A stretch of 64,000 bases of DNA from Octopus vulgaris (taxonomy: Eukaryota): NCBI GenBank assembly GCA_951406725.2, contig OX597840.1, forward strand, positions 35,154,001 to 35,218,000, written 5' to 3'. Shown in pieces: positions 39,921 through 53,196 of this stretch. The notes below the pieces were generated by a model. The model was not told where the DNA came from, made no database searches, and saw nothing but the letters and a program-made list of their open reading frames with translations. A program made the translations under genes and the position numbers. The first letter of the stretch is position 1. Each line of letters begins with the position of its first letter.

Positions 39921-40519
39921 TAGATTTTAAATACTGAGAACAATTTTTTGACCAAACCCGTGCAGATGGCGCCAGTTGAAATCATGGGCCGAAGTCCAAT
40001 AACAGAAACATGTGAAAGACAAAAGACTAAAGCCAAACGACAAAGGACAAACGATATTACAGGTAACACTCAGGTAAAATATGCAACATACACGTAATAC
40101 CAATTTACAAATTTACACATATTTTATTTTTACTAAACTTTTTTCAAAATCTTGATTATTTATTGAAAACCATATTGAAATACAGCGGATGTCTACGGAA
40201 AATATAATCATGAAAGGTTCGTTTCTTTTTTTTTTTAAATAAATATCAGATTCACACAGGTTTTTTTGGGGTAATTTTTTTGTTTTCAAAATATATTTCT
40301 GAGCACGAATAATATAAAAATAAAATAAATGTGAGGTATATAAGTTTTGTTCATCTTTTTATATTTTATTATTATTATTATTATTATTATTTTTTTTTTG
40401 CGTTTTCTTGCTGGACATGTTTAGAATCTAACAACAAAAATAAAAAAAAAAAAAACTGTGATTTTGTTTTATTTTTTTTTTTTAAATAAGACTTGAGTTT
40501 GTCCAGAGCCCCAGGGCTT

Positions 40520-40785
40520 TTAAGGCCAGAGCTTGGCCTGGTTTCCTTGATGTATATAAGTGAGTGAGATTAAAATACTACCCAACCCCTCTCCTGGATA
40601 AGATGCTAGTCCCTCACAGGGTAAACTTACCACCTGCTGCAGGAACTCTTTTGCGGACGAGTGGACTGGTGCAATGTAAAATGAAATGATTTGCTCAAGA
40701 ACACAATTCCCTGCCCTGACCAGGGACTGAAACCATAATCTTAGAATCATGAGTACAACTCCTTAAACACAAGGCCACACGTCTT
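40520..40785 (-). mobile_element. tRNA-derived SINE, fourth family
   Basis: Reverse complement gtgtggccttgtgtttaagg..tggtttcagtccctgg..gtgttcttgagcaa; related fragment at about 22845-22935. Confidence 0.7.
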
Positions 40786-41050
40786 CATGTTTGTTACATT
40801 ATTATTATTATTATTATTACTATTATTACTATTATTATTATTATTATTATTATTATAAAAATCAAATTATCATTATCATTATTATAAAAGAAATTATCAT
40901 CATCGTCATCATCATTATTATAAAAGAAATTATTACCATCATCATTACAATCATTATTATTATCAGTAAATATAGTAGTAGTAATAGTAGTAGTAGTTGT
41001 AGTAGTAGTACACAATTAAAAGTGTGCAATATTGCATGTCTGTTTACCTT

Positions 41051-41427
41051 AGGCGCAGGCGTGGCTGTGTGGTAAGTAGCTTGCTTCCCAACCACATGGT
41101 TCCAAGTTCAGTCCTACTGTGTGGCACCTTGGGCAAGTGTCTTCTACTATAGCCTCGAGCCGACCAAAGCCTTGTGAGTAGATTTGGTAGACGGAAACTG
41201 AAAGAAGCCCGACGTATGTGTGTCTATGTTTGTCCTCCCAACATTGCTTGACAACCGATTCTGGTGTGTTTACGTCCCCATAACATAGCGTTTCGGCAAA
41301 AGAGACCGATAGAATAAGTACTGGGCTTACAAAGAATAAGTCCTGGGGTGTATTTGCTCGACTAGAGGCAGTGCCCCAGCATGGCCACAGTCAAATGACT
41401 GAAACAAGTAAAAGAGTAAAGAGTAAA
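41051..41427 (+). mobile_element. SINE family A
   Basis: Full-length copy. Confidence 0.88.
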
Positions 41428-41935
41428 CATCTATGTTACTATGTTAGCCATAATCCATTTCTAAAACTTTAAATGGAACAAAAGTTTTACACTGATGAGT
41501 TTCTGCTGTAATTCAAAATATACCAACAGAATCGACACTGCTTATATTCTACCCTGTTCTTTGGAGGTGTTGAAAAGGAGCTTTTCCGCTCAAAATATTA
41601 AGCTTAACTGAATATTTCTAAAGTATTTTTCTGATTGTTGTTTTGTTGATATTTAACGATTTTATGATCTCTTTCCTTTGCTCTCACTTAAAACTTACAT
41701 ATTTTACACTCCTTCACACATGAATGTATATAAGTATATGTATGTATGTATGCAAACTGGATAAGTCCATTCACCTCCAACAATAGAGAGCAGTCACCAC
41801 ATTTCATTCCATATCAGCTACCTCTGATGAACATGGGGTTACATAATCGGATTGTTGCTTAACACTCCGTTGAATTCCTAGCACGAAAGCAACTGGTAAG
41901 ATTGGCCGTAATGGATATAATACTGTACACTTCAG

Positions 41936-41969
<34 letters not shown>

Positions 41970-42845
41970 GGACGTGCCGCCTGGGTAGGCAAGGTAGGCA
42001 GTGCTGGCCCTGAATAAAATAGATTGATAGTAACATTTTCCTTTTATGGCAAAATATGCACCTAATTCAATAAAATTATAAAAGTTACTGATTACTATAC
42101 ATAAAATACAAAATATACAGTCCTTCAGTTCTTTGTACCCTTTCAAACTGTCCAACCCAGGGAAAATGGATGTTAAATGATGATGACGATGATGATGATG
42201 ATGACAACAATGGTGATAATGATGATGATGTCCATAATGACGATAACGATGATGAGACAGATATAACGATATTAAAACTGGCTTCTGTGAACGAAGGATA
42301 ACAGAAACATTTCTATAGGATGTCTAACTTCAGTCAAACTTGAACCTTCGATCTATGCTTTACCGTGAAGATTAAAAGAGATGTTGGAAGCGGGGGTGGG
42401 GGGGAGCGAACTCCTTTTGATAAATAGAATACATAATTGCAAAGTTTAACAGGGGTTCGAACTTTGATCTTATGATTTGAATTGAGAAGTGAAGGAGTAA
42501 TCATAAGGTGGAAACCAGCAGGAGCAGCTCAATGGAATGTAAGGTGAAGGAATGTGTGTGTGTATACAACCCCACCATATATGTGCTTGCATGTGTGTAT
42601 ATACATATATATATATATAAATATATATACATATACATCTATATACATGCACACATATATATATGTATACATACGTATTATATATATGTATATATATATG
42701 TATATATATATGCATATATATATGTGTGTGTATAATATATATGTGTATATTTAAGTATGTTTATATATGTTTTGATACACACACACACTCACACATATAT
42801 ATATATAAATATATATATATTTATACATATATATGTAAATATACG

Positions 42846-42888
<43 letters not shown>

Positions 42889-43012
42889 ATATACACATAT
42901 GTACATATATATATACAAATGTATAAAATATATATCACATATGTTCGTGTATTTTAGAATGCGTGTATGTTTATATATATATATATATACATATACACAC
43001 ATATATATATAC

Positions 43013-43065
<53 letters not shown>

Positions 43066-43181
43066 ATGTATGTATGTACGTATACACACATGTACACATA
43101 TATATATACATGTATATAATATATATCATATATGTTTGTGTATTATAGAATGTGTGTATATGTTTATATATATATATATAT

Positions 43182-43228
<47 letters not shown>

Positions 43229-43268
43229 ATACATCTATACATTATATATAGGTGCATGCATTTAAGTA

Positions 43269-43323
<55 letters not shown>

Positions 43324-43584
43324 GTATGTATGTTTGTATTGATGTGTCTGCATAAACACCAAGTAAAATTTGTTAGTTTCAGAAGTCCAAACTCGTATTT
43401 CTATCACATTCATCAAACAGTGAACACATTGTTCACTGTTACAAAAAGTTCATTGCGTTCACATTGTTCACTGTGTTCACATCGTTCACTGCAAATCTTT
43501 GTTCATAGTTTTTCGCCGTTCGCCCCATACTGCCCTCTGTGTGTTTTGAAGTCTTTCAAATGTGTTGGGGGAGATTTTGGGTTC

Positions 43585-43713
43585 TCACGAAGAATCGGAT
43601 GGCGAAAGCAGGAAATAAGTCAACATGTCTCCTTTTCCTTTGACTTTGATGTAGCCGCGCTGCTCCGTCTTGTAGCCGAGGGGCACGAGGACGTCGTTGA
43701 GTTCTTGGGTGAT
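43585..43713 (-). CDS. ADCY: Adenylyl cyclase terminal coding exon with stop
   Basis: ttctccag|ATCACC...TCGTGA; ITQELNDVLVPLGYKTEQRGYIKVKGKGDMLTYFLLSPSDSS*; very short C2b as in ADCY5/6. Confidence 0.97.
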   Translation of the reverse strand: MTQELNDVLVPLGYKTEQRGYIKVKGKGDMLTYFLLSPSDSS

Positions 43714-43789
43714 CTGGAGAATAGAAAGAGAGAAACCTCAGTATGAATTCTAGCAGAGGGCAGACAGATTGAGCAGGGGGTAGATAGAC

Positions 43790-45130
43790 TGGGGTGGCTA
43801 TGTGGTTAAGAAGTTTACTTCACAAACATATGTGTGTGTGTGTGTGTGTGTGTATGTTTGTGTGTCTGTGTTTGTCACCCCCCCAACATCGCTCGACAAC
43901 TGACGCTGCTGTGTTTACTTCCCCGTAACTTAGCAGTTCAGCAAAAGAGACCGATAGAATAAGTACTAGGCTTCCAAAGAATAAGTCCTGGGGTTGATTT
44001 TCTTAACTATAGGCGGTGCTCCAGCATGGCCACAGTCAAATGACTGAAACAAGTAAAAGAGTATATATACTCAGGACATACAGACATCATCTTTGTCATC
44101 ATCAGCGTCATCGTTTAACATTCTCTTTCCATGCTGGCATGGGTTGGATGGCTTGACAGGAGCTGACCATGTAGAAGACAGAAAAGACAGACTGGGGTGG
44201 CTGTGTGGTTAAGAAGTTTACTTCACAAACATATGGGTTTGAGTTCAGTCCTAGTGTGTGGCACCTTGGGCAAATGTCTTTTTCTAGAGCAGTGGTTTTC
44301 AGCTGGCATTGATATGGCCCTTGAGGGTCCATCATCATCATCATCATCGTTTAACGTTCGTTTTCTATGCTAGCATGGGTTGGATGGTTGGACTGGAGAT
44401 TGGCAGGCCAGAATGCCGCACCAGGCTCCAATCTAATCTGGCAATGTTTCTACACTGGATGTCCTTCCTAATGCCAACCACTCCGAGAGTGTAGCGGGTG
44501 CTTTTTACATGCCACCAGCATGAGAGCCAGTCAGGCAGCACTGGCATTGGCCACGTTTGGATGGTGATTTTTACGTGCCACCGGCACAGAAGCCGGTTGT
44601 TGTGGGGTGACTGGTATCGACCATGTTCGGATGGTGCTTTTTACATGCCACCTGTACAGGATACCAGTCAGGTGGCTCTGGTAGGAACCCACAAATGAGT
44701 GAATGGTGCTTATCGCATGCCACCAGCACATAAACAATACTCTTTACTCTTTTACTTGTGTCAGTCATTTGACTGCGGCCATGTTGGAGCACCACCTTTA
44801 GTCGAGCAAATCAACCCCGGGACTTATTCTTTGTAAGCCCAGTACTTATTCTATCGGTCTCTTTTGCCGAACTGCTAAGTAACAGGGACATAAACACACC
44901 ATCATTGGTTGTCAAGCATTGCTAGGGGGACAAACACAGACACACACACACACATACATATACATATATACGACAGGCTTCTTTCAGTTTCCGTCTACCA
45001 AATCCGCTCACAAGGCATTGTTGGCCCGGGGCCATAGCAGAAGACACTTGCCCAAGATGCCACGCAGTGGGACTGAACCCGGAACCATGTGGTTGGTAAG
45101 CAAACTACTTACCACACAGCCACTCCTGCG
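43790..45130. mobile_element. SINE cluster in the last ADCY intron: family A (+, 43790-44062), family C (about 44330-44730), family A (-, 44740-45130)
   Basis: Matches to family A in both orientations around a family C element. Confidence 0.85.
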
Positions 45131-45372
45131 TCTACAAGAATTTTTGATCTATCCATGGGTTCACAAAAATTGATTTAAAAAAGGAAATTCATAATATAAT
45201 CAGACACCATTAATTGCATTTCGAAAAGTGATGATGTAACCCTTCATTGTTGCAAAACAAAGAATTGTCAGGATAAAACATTAGAGGTAACGACTATCAA
45301 ACTTGGTGCAAAAGAAAATCAGACATTCCATTCTTAATTACCTGATACATTATGATGAGACAGTTTGCTTAC

Positions 45373-45497
45373 CTGTATAGAGTCGGGCATACCAGTGCTG
45401 TCCATTCGGCTGGCAACATTGACTGTGTTACCCCAGATGTCGTAATGAGGTTTTCTGGCCCCTATCACACCGGCGACCACTGGACCCATATTCATTC
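45373..45497 (-). CDS. ADCY: Adenylyl cyclase C2a catalytic exon, 125 bp
   Basis: tttcag|GAATGAAT...ATACAG|gtaag; [41 protein letters not shown] with adenine-specifying Asp and catalytic Asn/Arg. Confidence 0.98.
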
Positions 45498-45531
45498 CTG
45501 AAATTAGAGGGTACAACTCATATACATACAT

Positions 45532-45950
45532 ATTTCTTTACTACCCACAAGGGGCTAAACACCGAGGGGACAAACAAGGAAGGCAGACAAACGGATTAAG
45601 TCGATTACATTGACCCCAGTGCGCAACTGGTACTTAATTTATCGACCCTGAAAGGATGAAAGGCAAAGTCGACCTCGGCAGAATTTGAACTCAGAATGTA
45701 ACGGCAGACGAAATTCCTATTTCTTTACTACTCACAAGGGGCTAAACACAGAGGGGACAAACAAGGACAGACATAGGTATTAAGTCGATTATATCGACCC
45801 CAGTGTGCAACTGGTACTTAATTTATCGACCCCAAAAGGATGCAAGGCAAAGTCGACCTCGGTGGAATTTAAACTCGCAACGTAACAGCAGACGAAATAC
45901 CGCTAAGCATTTCGCCTGTCATGCTAACGATTCTGCCAGCTCACCGCCTT
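45532..45950 (-). mobile_element. Family B SINE tandem dimer (full copy plus 5'-truncated copy)
   Basis: Junction gacgaaattcctatttctttact near 45715. Confidence 0.85.
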
Positions 45951-46683
45951 CTCATATACATACCGACACGCATACATACATACATAGAACTGTAATATTG
46001 GATTAAATCAGTTGATTTAGCAAGCAGAGCCTCATCCCAGTGAGGGAGGTCAGAGTGCAATGATGCTGTCAAGAGGTGTGCATTCTCTCCTGATGACCCC
46101 TTAAGCTTGCTAGAATTCAGTATTGCAGAGCTTTGAACTGGTAGCACTTGCATCTGCAAGTTGTTCACAAAAAATTAAAAACAAAAAATATATGTATATA
46201 TACTCAGGACATATATACATCATCTTTGTCATCATCATCATCGTTTAACATCCTTTTTTCATGCATGCATGGGTAAGACAGTTGACAGGAGCTGACCAGG
46301 TAGAAAAACTACCTAAGGCTACTGCATCCATTTTGGCAAGGATTTTACAGCTGGATGCCCTTCTTGACACCAACCACTCAGCAGAGTGGACTCAGTGCTT
46401 TTTACAATGGCACTAGCACAGGTGAGGTTAGTTTTGGAATGATTTCTACAGGTGGATGCCCTTCCAAATGCCAACCATGTTACAATGTGAACTGGATGCT
46501 TTTTATGTGGCACCAGCACTGACAGGGTCACCAAGTAACTTTACAAGACAAGGAACCTTTGAGTGGAGAGGTGGGCATTGAAGGAAAGGATCTTGTGTCA
46601 GATGATGAATGTTTCGAGTGTGACAGAGAGATAGAGGGGCATAAATAGGTGTCTTGCTATAGCGGAGGTACATGGTTACCTGT

Positions 46684-46732
<49 letters not shown>

Positions 46733-46747
46733 GAGAAAGAGAGAGAT

Positions 46748-46780
<33 letters not shown>

Positions 46781-47001
46781 GAGAGATAGAGAAAGAGTGA
46801 GAGAAAGAGAAGGAAGAGGTGACAATGATGACGATGGTAATAAAAAAGAGACTGAATTACACAAAATTAAAATAAAATTTTTAAAAAATCAAGGTTAAGA
46901 AGAAAACCCAGAAAAACCAGTTGAAGATGGAATAAATTCATTCAAGAACAAAAAAACAGAAACAGCAAAAAAAACAGCAAAACCGAAATAGAATTCTTCA
47001 C

Positions 47002-47203
47002 CAATTCTCATTTTGAAGTTGTTGAAGGAATGCTGGTTGATGGTTTTCAGCTGCCGTTGGATGTAGAAGGCATATTCTACCAATGCCACAATGTGTTTGG
47101 AGTCTGGGAAGTTCTCTTCCGTGTCCAAGCCGGATGCTGCCATGTAGGTGTAACCAATGGTCTTGATCTTCTGGATGCAAGAGAACTGCTGTTCTTCGAG
47201 AAT
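47002..47203 (-). CDS. ADCY: Adenylyl cyclase C2a catalytic exon, 202 bp
   Basis: ctcttccag|ATTCTC...AGAATTG|gtgaag; ILEEQQFSCIQKIKTIGYTYMAASGLDTEENFPDSKHIVALVEYAFYIQRQLKTINQHSFNNFKMRI(G). Confidence 0.97.
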
Positions 47204-47808
47204 CTGGAAGAGAGAGGAGGAGAGAATGGAGGAGGGTGAGTGAGGAGAAGTGTGGAGGTGATAGGGGGTGTAGGGTTGGAGTTTTGTGGGAGGGGGACTA
47301 GGGGGGTGGAGTAGTAACAACAACAACAACAACAGCAGCAACAACAGCAACAACAATGGCAGCAACAAGCAACAACACCAGCAATAGCAACAACAACAAC
47401 AACAGCAGAAGCAACTACGAGCAACAACAACAAGAACAACAACAGAAACAAGTGACTGATTCTTATGATAAAAGCAACAAAAGAAGTGAAAACAACAAAA
47501 ACAATAAAACAACTCACTCATACAAACACACATCACACGCCCCTCTCATACTAACACACACCTCTGCCACAGGGACACACCTTTGTCACACGGACACAGC
47601 TCTTCCACAATTACTCACCTTAGTCACGCAGACACACCTCTACCATGAAGACATACCCCTGCAACACAAACACACCTCTGCCACAAAGACACACCTTTGT
47701 CACAAAGACACAAAGACACATCTTTGTCACAAAGACACACCACTGTCACACAGACACACCTATATATACATATGTGTGCGTGTCTGCGTGTATATATATG
47801 TATGTATG

Positions 47809-47858
<50 letters not shown>

Positions 47859-48056
47859 GTATATATATATATCAGATAGATCGCTAGCCACTAAAGCTTT
47901 TTCTATTTTCTCTCCCTGTTTATTTCTGTGTTCCTTTCCGTCGAAGAGCATAGGCTCGAAATGTAAAAGACTTTCTCATATTCCTGAGCATTAAACTAAT
48001 ACATCCGTTTGTTGTTTACACACCCACTTCGTCTTTTGTTTTTTTGTAAATTCTTA

Positions 48057-48102
<46 letters not shown>

Positions 48103-48200
48103 TCAATCCAAACATGAACAAGCAAGAAAAAACAACAACACGAGGATGTGGAATAAGTACAGTGTCATTGGACTCTCAGGAAAGGAAAGAAAAGAAAGAG

Positions 48201-48235
48201 GATTTATGTTTCGAGCAGAGCTCTTCATCAGAAAC
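48201..48235 (-). ncRNA. Minimal hammerhead motif on the ADCY sense strand (intronic)
   Basis: Reverse complement ttt CTGATGA A GAGC tct GCTC GAAA CATA aa; stem III ACGT apparently decayed to ACAT. Confidence 0.55.
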
Positions 48236-48299
48236 ATAGAAAAAGTCCAAAGAAGGGAAAACGGAGAAAGAAAATTGCCAACGATACACACGCGGTATG

Positions 48300-48369
<70 letters not shown>

Positions 48370-48760
48370 TGCATGTATGTATGAATGTATGTATGTGTAT
48401 ATGTGTGAATGAATGTATGCATGTATATATATATATATATCTTCACTTCTTGGTTTGGCTTTGCTGACGAAGATTAGGAAGGCTGTTGTCCATGTCATTT
48501 GCACGCTCATTTGTGGCTGATAAGGTTGATGTGGGATTGACATATCCGATTGCAATATATAGATATAGATCATTAGCCACTACACACATTTTTCTTTCCT
48601 TTTTTTCTCTCCTTGTTTTTTTCTGTGTCCCTTTCTGTAGAAGAGCGTAGAGCGTAGGCTCGAAACATAAAAGACTTTTTCTATTCCTGAGTGTTATACT
48701 AATACATGTTTGTTTTCTACACCACCTGTCTGCGTCTTTTGTTTTTTTCGTAAACTCTCC

Positions 48761-48812
<52 letters not shown>

Positions 48813-48975
48813 TGTAATCATCTCAGGAATACGTAGTCTGGTTCTGAAAGTCATTGTGATATGTGGAAACATGCGTAGCAATGCCTTAAATGTTTATAAA
48901 TTCCATCGTAGGATTATTGTTATTATTATTATTATATTATATTATCCTATATAGACAGTCAGAATTCCTTCTTAC

Positions 48976-49122
48976 CTCATCAAAGTCTGCAATGATCTCA
49001 TTAAGCAGCCGGAGACATTCGGCTCCTTCATTGTTGCCGACCAATTCCATGTAGAACTCTGAGAAGTTTGAGATGGAAGCGAACATAACGCAGGCATTGT
49101 CACAGTCTTGGTAGTAGAGGTC
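48976..49122 (-). CDS. ADCY: Adenylyl cyclase C2a catalytic exon, 147 bp (absent from ORF track)
   Basis: cttttcag|GACCTC...GATGAG|gtaag; [49 protein letters not shown]. Confidence 0.97.
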
Positions 49123-49171
49123 CTGAAAAGGAGTATATAGATATGTATGTATATGTTAAGATATATATGTA

Positions 49172-49210
<39 letters not shown>

Positions 49211-49621
49211 TAAATTAGAAAAAAACACCTTTTATACCAAATAGAAAAAAATTACATCCTATAGAAAAATAAATAAATTAGAAAAAAACACCTTTTATAC
49301 CAAATAGAAAAAAATTACATCCTATAGAAAAATTTAATATAAGATAAAAAACATATATCAAAGATTAAGTAATGTAATTTTTTTCTATATGGTATAATTT
49401 AATTTTTTCATTGTTGAATTGATAAAAGGTGGGTTTTTTTTTTCTAATTTATATGTATATATTATATTTTTTGAAATTTGATTTAATATTTCTAAATTGA
49501 ATTTTTCCCTGAAAGTTTGGAATAATATTCCCTCATATTATCATTATGTATGTATGTATGTATGTTTGTACGTATGTAACAAAAGAAGGGGTGTATTTCC
49601 ACGCAGGAAAAAAATATAGGC

Positions 49622-50192
49622 AAATTTGTTGTTAAAATGCACCGAAATTTGAAAAACTTGTAATTGTTTTAAAATGAATTTATTTACATATATAGCAAAC
49701 TAGTTTCAACAATATTTTTTGTTTATTAATGGTAAAAATATAGAACTATGAATTAGAAAAACATGTTTAAAAGTTTAAAAGTTTCAACATTGAAACTTTT
49801 AAACACATACAGTTCTATATTTAAGAGATGAGAAATTGTGTACATTATTTACATTATTTACATTTGACGGATATTTGCCCTTGACTTGTTTGTTGTTAAC
49901 ACATCGTTTCGGCTGATATACCCTCCAGCCTTCGGGGAAAAGACACCTGATGACGTCTCAATGGTATATCAGCCGAAACGTTGTGTTAACAACAAACAAG
50001 ATGAGGACAAATATCCGTCGAATGTAAATAATATAAATAACGTTTTAAACACGTTTTCCGAATTTATAATTCTAAATATTTACCATTGATAAACAAAAAA
50101 ATATTGTTGGAATTGTTTGGTATGTATGTAAATAAATTATTTTAAAACAATTACAAATTCTTCAAATTTAGGTGCATTTGCAACAACAAATT
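49622..50192. repeat. Nested imperfect palindrome of about 570 bp
   Basis: Outer arms about 49622-49790 / 50045-50192; inner arms about 49845-49921 / 49963-50040. Confidence 0.85.
49943..49986 (+). ncRNA. Degenerate minimal hammerhead motif at the centre of a foldback
   Basis: acac CTGATGA cgtctc..cagcc GAAA CGTT gtgt; 5' strand of stem II disrupted, intact version (aggctg) preserved in the inverted copy at 49899-49933. Confidence 0.55.
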
Positions 50193-50220
50193 TCTCTCTC
50201 TCTCTCTCTCTCTCTCTAGA

Positions 50221-50274
<54 letters not shown>

Positions 50275-50310
50275 TACATACACACTTATACACACATACA
50301 TAGACACACA

Positions 50311-50364
<54 letters not shown>

Positions 50365-50624
50365 ATATGTGATGGGTTTCTTTCACTTTCTGTCCTACAA
50401 GTCCATTCACAAGGCTTTGGTCAGTTTGGTCAGCCTGAGACTATTGCAGATGACATTCACACAAGGTGCCACAAAGTGGGACTGAACCCGGAACCATGTG
50501 GTTGGGAAGCAAGCTTCTTACTGCACAACCACACCATATCTGTTTTATGCACATATACCTGCATATACATAGATATACATGTATATATAATATGCCTATA
50601 TACGTATGTATGTATGTATGTATG

Positions 50625-50681
<57 letters not shown>

Positions 50682-50929
50682 AGGTGAGAAAGTTGGTGTG
50701 TGAAAGCACGTGGTTGAACTATGTCATTGTATGAAAAAAATTTATAACATTCTTCAGACATATTGACTCAAATATATATTTTTTAACCTTTTAAAACAAG
50801 CCTTCTGGAGTTTTTTCACTTTTTACTATTTTCTATATATATGTATATATATATATATATGTATATATATATGTATATATATATATATATGTATATATAT
50901 ATGTATATATATATATGTATATATATATG

Positions 50930-50964
<35 letters not shown>

Positions 50965-50973
50965 ATATATAAA

Positions 50974-51010
<37 letters not shown>

Positions 51011-51439
51011 AAACACACACACACACTCATGCATGTATAACTATAAAAGTGCATATGTATGCTAATAATTATATAAGCGCATATGCATACATACATGTAT
51101 CTATTAATGTGTTTATGTATTTAAGTATGTATGTATAAGCAGATATATATACACACACACAGAAAAGTATACACACACTTATTGACGCTTGTGTGTATTC
51201 CTACCTCGCCACCACCTCTCATAGAGTTACTAATTACATAGTCATTAACCAACTGTTAATCAGCATTTAATCCCTGGCTTTTTGATGGGCAGGGGTTGAG
51301 GTGAGATGGCAGGGGTTGAAATTGCTCCAGATCCTGGCATGCCTTCCGCACCATTCAGCCCTCCTTGTCTCCTGCCACGCCTCCCACCTCTCCGAAGTCG
51401 CATATTTCCTGTCCTCAAACGACAGAGTTCTTCTAACAT

Positions 51440-52345
51440 CCTTCCACCACCACCACTACCACCATTACTACCACCACCACCACCACCACTATTACTACCA
51501 CCACCACCACCACCACCACCACCACCTCGTTCAGCATCACTACCATCATCACTATGCATAACCAACAGTGCTACTACAATCACGAGCAATGATGCCCTAA
51601 CCACCACCACCACCACTGCAACTTCTATCACCTCCACCACCACCACCACATCATCATCATCATCACCAACACAACTACTACCACCACTGCTGCAACTTTC
51701 ATCACCCCCACCACCACTATTACACCACCAACACTTCCTCCTCCTCCGCTACCTCCACTATTACACTACCACCACCACCACCACTTCCATCACGACGACC
51801 ACCACCATCACCACTATTACACAACCAACACTTCCTCTTCCTCCACCACCACCACCGCAACTTCCTCCTCTGCCACCATCACCTCATCATCATCACCACC
51901 AACACCACTACTACCACCACTGCTGCAACTTCCATCACCTCCACCAAGACTATTACACCACCACCACTGCCACCACCAACCCCCTTCCTCCATCACTTCC
52001 ACCACCACTATTACACCACCACCACTTCCTCCTCCGCTACCATCACCTCATCATCATCATCACCACCACCACCACCATGTACTGGAATCTCGTGTTGTTG
52101 TTGCTCTCTTCCTTCGTTTATTCTCTAATTAACGTAAACTAATCTTGGCGGGATTAGATTTGTAAACATTTACTAATCCAGCAGCGACAATTTATATCGT
52201 CAATTGGTTAATTAACAGCAAGCTCTTTAATGAATTCATTAAAACCACCACCACCCCTTCCTCCTCCTCCACCACAACCACCACAACCACCACCACCACC
52301 ACCACCACCACCGCCGCCACCACCACCGCCGCCGCCACCACCACT
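51440..52345. repeat. (CCA/CAT/CTA)n trinucleotide low-complexity tract
   Basis: Degenerate ccaccacca runs within an ADCY intron. Confidence 0.9.
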
Positions 52346-53196
52346 GATTGAAGTCAGCTCAATTCTTTTTTAAAATCATTCAGGTGGATTTCGTAAACTA
52401 ACTGACCAGTCACCTGAGAGTGTCCTGTTTTTCTATAAGACCAACATTTGACTTTGCATTAAATATTGGTTTTAAATTTTGGCACAAGGCCAGCAATTTC
52501 TGAGGAGGGGTTTCTGAGTGGATTACATCGATCCCAGAGCTTACCTGGTTCTTTCTCTTAATTTGCTTCATCAAATTCACAATTGAATTGTTTACATAGT
52601 GGGATCTCTTCTTTTTACTGGGTTGGAATATTTGGCTTATCATTTGTCTTCTCTAAAAGTATTTCTCTGGTCATTGCTCTGATCTTTCTTATCTTGTACA
52701 TTCTGTCAAGACCTTTAAACATGTCACCAGCTTCTCTTCCCAGGTTCATCATTTCTTTGTTGAGTTTCTTGCCAATCAGAAGTCCTTTTATTCCAATAGC
52801 TCCCTTCCTTGAATTGCTGCTCTCAGGAACTCATTATTAATGGCTTTTCTTTTTTTAAATTCAGAACCCATTTGCTTACATGATGGATCCTCTTCCTTCA
52901 ACTAAACTCTACTCTTTGGCCCATTCTTGAAATATATTTTCATTGTTTTTTCTTTCCCCCATGGTCTTTGTTCTGATAAACTTTCTGCTCTAATACCTTT
53001 TGTCAATACTTTTTAACTTCTCTTCCCAGGCACACTGTTTCTCTTTTCAGCTTTCTGTTAGTCATAAGTCTTTTTATTCGAATAGGATCTTTCCTCAAAC
53101 TGCTGTTCTCAGAAACTCGCTACCAACGTCTTGCTTTTCTCTAGACTATCATATTTAATCCTTTAAGCTTTCTCTCAATAAAACATCTTTTGAATT

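Noticed and set aside
40100-40490. Candidate ADCY polyadenylation signals (TTTATT on the + strand)
   Set aside because: Hexamers are frequent by chance in such AT-rich DNA; a site cannot be chosen without transcript data.
41490-41535. Hammerhead candidate CTGATGA gtttctg..cagaatc GACA
   Set aside because: GAAA is mutated and stems I and III are not recoverable; counted only as a degenerate trace.
43330-43746. 138-aa + strand ORF
   Set aside because: Antisense shadow of the ADCY terminal exon and 3' UTR.
51306-52142. 278-aa Pro/Thr/His-rich ORF resembling a formin or mucin
   Set aside because: (CCA)n tract, antisense within an ADCY intron, with no recognisable domain.
52545-53140. Possible LINE ORF remnant on the - strand (EFLRAA / AWEEK pieces, duplicated)
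   Set aside because: Too many stops and frameshifts to assign without a profile search.
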